DNA of 18,773 nt from positions 39,133 to 57,905 of the forward strand of contig CAZDOL010000004.1 in the NCBI GenBank assembly GCA_964507075.1. Reading direction: 5' to 3'. Made by a program: the position numbers and the translations under genes. Below, one piece after another: positions 15,472 through 18,773 of this stretch (position 1 is its first letter; every line of letters starts with the position of its first letter). The notes beneath the pieces were generated by a model, which searched no databases, was not told where the DNA came from, and was given only the letters and a program-made list of their open reading frames with translations. The stretch comes from an uncultured Gammaproteobacteria bacterium (GTDB lineage Bacteria; Patescibacteriota; Patescibacteriia; UBA2591; UBA6264).

Positions 15472-15879
15472 ATGTTTGAACATTTTAACTTTTCTAAAAA
15501 ACAAATAGACAAATATTATAAATCTGCTAAAAGAGACTTTAAAATTGCGCTTGATTCTAGTGTGCCAGAAGTTTCTTTTCGTTTTTGTTATGACGCCATA
15601 TTGAAATTGGCTATTACAATATGTGCCGAAAAAGGATTAAGGGTAAAAGCGAGAAAAGGGCATCATATAGAATTAATAAAAAAATTATCTTTCTATTTTA
15701 ATGATCCGGAAATTAAGATATTAGCAAACGAGATGAGGGCAAAAAGAAACTTGGATTTATATAGTGGTGGCTTTTTGATTTCGATTAAAGAAGCTAAAAG
15801 TTATGTCCAGTGGACAAAACAAATTTTTCAGAAGACTGAAAAACACTTTAAGGGCAAACAATCAAAATTAATATTATAA
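15472..15879 (+). CDS. HEPN-domain protein, putative partner of the upstream nucleotidyltransferase
   Basis: 135-aa helical ORF starting 2 nt after the NTase stop, in the classic MNT-then-HEPN order. It contains R57-x6-H64H65 (RVKARKGHH, nt 15640-15666), which fits the Rx4-6H HEPN motif. It also has KRNLDLY where DUF86/HepT proteins carry RNxxxH. Confidence 0.6.
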   Translation: MFEHFNFSKKQIDKYYKSAKRDFKIALDSSVPEVSFRFCYDAILKLAITICAEKGLRVKARKGHHIELIKKLSFYFNDPEIKILANEMRAKRNLDLYSGGFLISIKEAKSYVQWTKQIFQKTEKHFKGKQSKLIL

Positions 15880-15902
15880 TCACATTAGTAAGTATATAGA
15901 AC

Positions 15903-15959
15903 AAAAAATACGGGCCTCAGGGGTCCATATTTAGTTTTGCACATAAAAACTCCCTGACA
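15903..15959 (+). repeat. ~56-nt terminator-plus-motif cassette, copy B
   Basis: AAAAAATACGG...hairpin (AATACGGGCC / GGTCCATATT, 15907-15931)...ATTTAGTTTTGCACATAAAAACTCCCTGACA. It lies 24 nt after the HEPN stop codon. Confidence 0.8.
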
Positions 15960-15963
15960 CCTA

Positions 15964-15991
15964 TTGACACCTTTAATAAGGGTTGTAAAAT
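15964..15991 (+). promoter_or_regulatory. sigma70-type promoter of the small HTH gene, probably giving a leaderless mRNA
   Basis: TTGACA (15964-15969), a 16-nt spacer, then TAAAAT (15986-15991). The ATG at 15998 begins only 7 nt after the -10 hexamer, and no Shine-Dalgarno sequence can fit. Confidence 0.5.
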
Positions 15992-15997
15992 TATAGT

Positions 15998-16243
15998 ATG
16001 GACAAAATAAAACCAGACAAAATATATAATACTGCCGAGACAATGAATTTTCTGAGAATCAGTAAAAGCACGATTAAACGCTGGCTAAAAAGCGGGATTA
16101 TTCGTGCTAATAAGATAGGTGGAAGATACAAAATTTTGGGTTCTGAAATTTTAAGATTGATATCCCCTGCCCTAGAAAAAGATACTCGCCAAGCCTACCG
16201 AGATTTAAAAGAAAAAACCAAAAAAAGAATTAAGAGTTGGTAA
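15998..16243 (+). CDS. excisionase-family (HTH_17 / MerR-like) helix-turn-helix DNA-binding protein
   Basis: 81-aa ORF. IYNTAETMNFLRISKSTIKRWLKSGIIRANKIGGRYKI matches the excisionase-family DNA-binding domain pattern. It has a lysine-rich C-terminal tail. Confidence 0.75.
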   Translation: MDKIKPDKIYNTAETMNFLRISKSTIKRWLKSGIIRANKIGGRYKILGSEILRLISPALEKDTRQAYRDLKEKTKKRIKSW

Positions 16244-16317
16244 AAACTATTTCGCTTTACTTAACTCTTAATATGGTATGACTAAAAAATAGAGATAAAC
16301 CATATTAAAAATCACTT

Positions 16318-16345
16318 TTGACAACCATTCAATTTTAGGTATATT
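16318..16345 (+). promoter_or_regulatory. upstream candidate promoter P1 in the HTH-fic spacer
   Basis: TTGACA (16318-16323), a 16-nt spacer, then TATATT (16340-16345). Confidence 0.4.
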
Positions 16346-16412
16346 GCAACGCCATTATAATATATTTATGCACAAAACTTGAACAATCTCTGTTAAATTG
16401 GCCCCCACTAAG

Positions 16413-16440
16413 TTGACAATCGTATACTATCGTATATAAT
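16413..16440 (+). promoter_or_regulatory. consensus sigma70 promoter P2 of the fic gene, with a 2 x 10-nt direct repeat in the spacer
   Basis: TTGACA (16413-16418), a 16-nt spacer, then TATAAT (16435-16440). The spacer is ATCGTATACT ATCGTATATA (16419-16438). The perfect palindrome TATAGCTATA (16445-16454) sits at the expected transcription start. Confidence 0.6.
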
Positions 16441-16488
16441 CATATATAGCTATAAATATATGATTAAATAAATTTTATTTTATATTAT

Positions 16489-17544
16489 ATGGAAAATAGA
16501 TTTAAAAAACGAATTAAAATAACCACAAATTTTTTAGAAAAAATTTCAAGAATAGATGAGTTTAAGGGTTTTTGGCATGGTGGCCTGCAACTAAACCCAC
16601 AAATTCTAGGCCGATTAAAATCTTCAGTTATTATTACCAGTAGTGGTGCGTCTACCCGCATTGAAGGGGTAAAAATGAGTGATGAAGAAGTGTCTCGCTT
16701 ATTGCGTGGATTAAAATCAAAACCACCAAAGGGCCGTGATGCAGAGGAAGTAGCTGGCTATGCTGATTTATTGGGAAGAATTTTTGATAATTATAAAACC
16801 CTTAAATTAACAGAGGGACAAATCCTTCAATTTCATAAAATATTACTTAACTTTTCTACTAAAGATAAAGAACACAAGGGTAAATATAAAACCGTTGATA
16901 ATATAGTTGTGGCTAAAAATGAAAAAAATGAACAAGTTGTTTTATTCAGGCCAACTCCACCATATTTAGTCAAAAAAGAAATGGATGATGTTCTTTTTTG
17001 GATGAACCATGCCCTTGAAAAAGAAGAAACTCACCCGTTACTAATTATCGCTAATTTTATTTTTGAATTTTTAGCAATCCATCCTTTTGACGATGGCAAT
17101 GGTAGACTTTCACGTGCTCTAACTAATTTATTACTTCTTAAAAGTAATTATTCTTACATTCCCTATGTTTCGCTAGAAGAAATCATTGAAGAACAAAAAA
17201 TAGAATATTATCTTGCCCTTCGAGCAACGCAAAAAAATCATAAGACCAAAAACGAAAACATTACGCCCTGGGCAAATTTCTTTTTAGATGTCTTGGTTGA
17301 ACAGGCCAATCGAGCAAAAAAGCTTATGGGGGCAGAGCAATCCGAAAAAATGCTTTCCGAAAAACAATTAAAAATTTATCGTCTTTTTGATAAAAAAAAC
17401 ACCCTAAGCGTGTTAGAAATAGATAAGTTTCTTAAAGGTAAAATTCCCAAAGTAACCATTAAGCAAGGGTTGTCTCGATTGATGAATTTAAAATTCGTAG
17501 AGCGTTTGGGACTTGGAAGGAGCACAAGGTATAAAAAAATTTAA
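16489..17544 (+). CDS. Fic-family protein (class II, self-inhibited AMPylase type) with a C-terminal winged-helix domain
   Basis: 351-aa ORF. It has an intact Fic active-site motif HPFDDGNGRLSR (nt 17080-17115, HxFx[DE]GNGRxxR) and an N-terminal inhibitory-helix motif STRIEG ([ST]xxxE[GN], nt 16651-16668). The C-terminal ~70 aa are wHTH-like (LSVLEIDKFL...VTIKQGLSRLMNLKFVERLG). Confidence 0.9.
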   Translation: MENRFKKRIKITTNFLEKISRIDEFKGFWHGGLQLNPQILGRLKSSVIITSSGASTRIEGVKMSDEEVSRLLRGLKSKPPKGRDAEEVAGYADLLGRIFDNYKTLKLTEGQILQFHKILLNFSTKDKEHKGKYKTVDNIVVAKNEKNEQVVLFRPTPPYLVKKEMDDVLFWMNHALEKEETHPLLIIANFIFEFLAIHPFDDGNGRLSRALTNLLLLKSNYSYIPYVSLEEIIEEQKIEYYLALRATQKNHKTKNENITPWANFFLDVLVEQANRAKKLMGAEQSEKMLSEKQLKIYRLFDKKNTLSVLEIDKFLKGKIPKVTIKQGLSRLMNLKFVERLGLGRSTRYKKI

Positions 17545-17583
17545 ATATATCACACACACAATGCCCCTTACTGACCGAAACTG

Positions 17584-17610
17584 AAAAAATTCGGAGGTTC
17601 GGCCTCTGAA
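17584..17610 (-). terminator. minus-strand-oriented rho-independent terminator with no annotated minus-strand gene
   Basis: Minus-strand reading: TTCAGAGG-CCGAA-CCTCCGAA (8-bp stem including one G-U pair), followed by TTTTTT. On the plus strand the hairpin is flanked by A6 on both sides. Confidence 0.5.
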
Positions 17611-17697
17611 AAAATACTGCAGACTAACTAAATCCTTAATATGATATAACTCAAAAACAGAAATAAACCTAAAAAAACTTGAAGTAGAATAATAAAT

Positions 17698-17739
17698 AAA
17701 AAAGGAGTTACTAGCGAGCACATTAGCTACGTTCACTCC
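17698..17739 (-). terminator. second minus-strand-oriented hairpin plus T6
   Basis: Minus-strand reading: GGAGT...(interrupted stem AC/GT, TAGC/GCTA)...ACTCC, followed by TTTTTTATTTATT. On the plus strand the AAGGAG hexamer is paired with ACTCC. Confidence 0.4.
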
Positions 17740-17805
17740 ATAAATAAATATAACATACTCTAAAAAAACGTCATATAAACTGTGCAAAACTTTATCGTTA
17801 ACTCT

Positions 17806-18267
17806 ATGAATTATTTAAAAAATAAAAAAAGATTTTTTATATGGATTATCATCGGAATAATTGTCCTTATTGGTGTTTGGTTCACAAAACTTGAGCAACC
17901 CGATTTCAATGATCAATTTGTTCCCAAAAATGAAATAGAAATTCCCCAAGAAGAAATTAAAGAGGAAGTAGTCCTAATTATTAATAGTGATGAAGAAAAT
18001 ATAAAGACCTTTGAGATTGATTTTGAACTAGGAATGACAGCTTTTGGTTTATTAAAAAATAAAGCAGAAGAATTGGATTTAATATTAGAGACCAAAACTT
18101 ATGATATCGGCGTTTTAATTGAAGCTATTGGAAACAAAAAAAATGGAGACGAAAACAAATATTGGCTATATTATATTAATGATGAAATGCCCATGGTTGC
18201 GGCTGACAAAAAAGAAATTAAACCCAGAGACAAAGTTGAGTTTAAATTTGAAGAATCTAAATTTTAA
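17806..18267 (+). CDS. membrane-anchored DUF4430 (transcobalamin-like C-terminal domain) protein
   Basis: The ORF-track start at 17782 is a GTG, so I prefer the ATG at 17806 (MNYLKNKKRFFIWIIIGIIVLIG, a signal-anchor helix). The C-terminal pattern G..NKYWLYYINDEMPMVAADKKEIKPRDKVEFKF fits the DUF4430 signature W.Y.vNg......a......l..gD.v.f.y. Confidence 0.7.
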   Translation: MNYLKNKKRFFIWIIIGIIVLIGVWFTKLEQPDFNDQFVPKNEIEIPQEEIKEEVVLIINSDEENIKTFEIDFELGMTAFGLLKNKAEELDLILETKTYDIGVLIEAIGNKKNGDENKYWLYYINDEMPMVAADKKEIKPRDKVEFKFEESKF

Positions 18268-18270
18268 TCT

Positions 18271-18773
18271 ATGTTAAAGTTAAATAAAAAGGGCAAATTC
18301 TTGCAAATTGCCATTGCCATAACCTTTATTTTAATTGGAATTAGTTTGAGATTATTGCCTCACCCTCCTAATTTTACTCCAATTTTTGCTATTGCCCTAT
18401 TTGGCGGAATTTACCTCTCAAAAAAAATAGCCCTTAGCTTGCCTTTAATAATTATGTTTATCTCTGACATATTTATTGGTTTCTATGAACCTAAATTAAT
18501 GTTTTTTGTTTATGGTAGTTTTCTTTTGTGCGTAGGCATGGGGCTTTGGCTAAAAAAACATAAAAAATGGCAAACAGTCTTAGGGGGCTCTATCTTCTCT
18601 GCTCTTATATTTTTCTTTTTAACAAATCTCGCTGTCTGGGCGTTTACTCCATGGTATGCTAAAACATTTTCGGGAATAATTCAATGTTATACAATGGCTT
18701 TGCCGTTTTTCAGAAACACTTTATTGGGAAATATATTTTATGTAGCCGTTTTTTTCGGAGCTTATGAATTAGT
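18271..18773 (+). CDS. ECF-S-component-like / DUF6580-like polytopic membrane protein (3' end truncated by the window edge)
   Basis: This ORF is not in the track because it has no stop codon within the window. I translated it by hand from the ATG at 18271: MLKLNKKGKFLQIAIAITFILIGISLRLLPHPPNFTPIFAIALFGGIYLS...NLAVWAFTPWYAKTFSGIIQCYTMALPFFRNTLLGNIFYVAVFFGAYEL. It has at least 5 hydrophobic segments and starts 3 nt after the DUF4430 stop. Confidence 0.65.
   Translation, partial: MLKLNKKGKFLQIAIAITFILIGISLRLLPHPPNFTPIFAIALFGGIYLSKKIALSLPLIIMFISDIFIGFYEPKLMFFVYGSFLLCVGMGLWLKKHKKWQTVLGGSIFSALIFFFLTNLAVWAFTPWYAKTFSGIIQCYTMALPFFRNTLLGNIFYVAVFFGAYEL

Noticed and set aside
17590-17602. Shared 8-mer GAGGTTCG between the cassette-A hairpin (14835-14842) and the 17590-17610 hairpin, as evidence of a third degenerate cassette copy.
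   Set aside because: The 8-mer occupies different positions in the two hairpins (3' arm versus 5' arm plus loop) and the flanking sequence does not align. It is more likely coincidence, or at most very old relatedness.
17488-17787. 99-aa minus-strand ORF overlapping the fic 3' end and the downstream spacer.
   Set aside because: The translation is low-complexity and F/Y/I/S-rich. It overlaps the fic coding region and reads through both terminator hairpins. It has no domain signature.
17545-17805. Possible cobalamin riboswitch upstream of the DUF4430 / S-component pair.
   Set aside because: I scanned both strands by eye for the conserved B12-box core and the surrounding GC-rich helices and did not find them. 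The region is mostly A/T with only two short hairpins. An Rfam scan would be needed to exclude a divergent variant.
14641-17805. Calling the accessory segment a mobile element or an integron cassette array.
   Set aside because: There is no integrase, transposase or recombinase gene. There are no terminal inverted or direct repeats bounding the segment. The repeated 56-nt cassette lacks attC-type RYYYAAC/GTTRRRY ends. Only accessory, possibly horizontally acquired, can be said.
1-18773. Search for tRNA, rRNA, CRISPR repeats or long direct repeats.
   Set aside because: I saw no cloverleaf-compatible GTTCGAATC-type T-arm context, no rRNA-like conserved blocks, and no regularly spaced direct repeats. 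The only dispersed repeats are the short hairpin family and the 56-nt cassette reported above.

Overview
This is a visibly AT-rich bacterial window with short intergenic gaps. The gene content resembles a reduced-genome Patescibacteria/CPR-like organism, but that lineage call is inference only. Positions 1-12397 carry a co-directional minus-strand housekeeping string: secF, secD, secA, hpf, two tandem divergent gpmI paralogs, eno, and a Wzy_C/O-antigen-ligase-like membrane protein with a TPR tail. Positions 12451-14640 (plus strand) hold a small glycan-precursor cluster: two NDP-sugar pyrophosphorylases flanking a DUF389 membrane protein. Positions 14641-17805 form a compact accessory segment. 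It contains a wHTH-fused MNT-type nucleotidyltransferase with a HEPN partner (type VII toxin-antitoxin-like), a small excisionase-family HTH protein, and a class II Fic (AMPylase-type) protein with a C-terminal wHTH. Each of these modules has near-consensus sigma70-type promoters and palindromic or direct-repeat operator-like sequences. The first two modules are preceded by the same ~56-nt terminator-plus-motif cassette. The window ends with a membrane-anchored DUF4430 (transcobalamin-like) protein and a truncated S-component-like membrane protein, possibly a corrinoid uptake pair. The most unusual items are these. (1) A parvulin PPIase domain, apparently circularly permuted, is inserted in the periplasmic P1 loop of SecD. 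(2) The accessory NTase/HEPN-HTH-Fic segment has a duplicated regulatory cassette and a shared AGTTTTGCACA motif. (3) A family of GC-rich palindromic hairpins shows a compensatory stem change. (4) Several intrinsic terminators are oriented against the local coding strand. I found no rRNA, tRNA, CRISPR array, integrase or transposase. Several ORF-track starts are TTG/GTG extensions, and I trimmed them to downstream ATGs.
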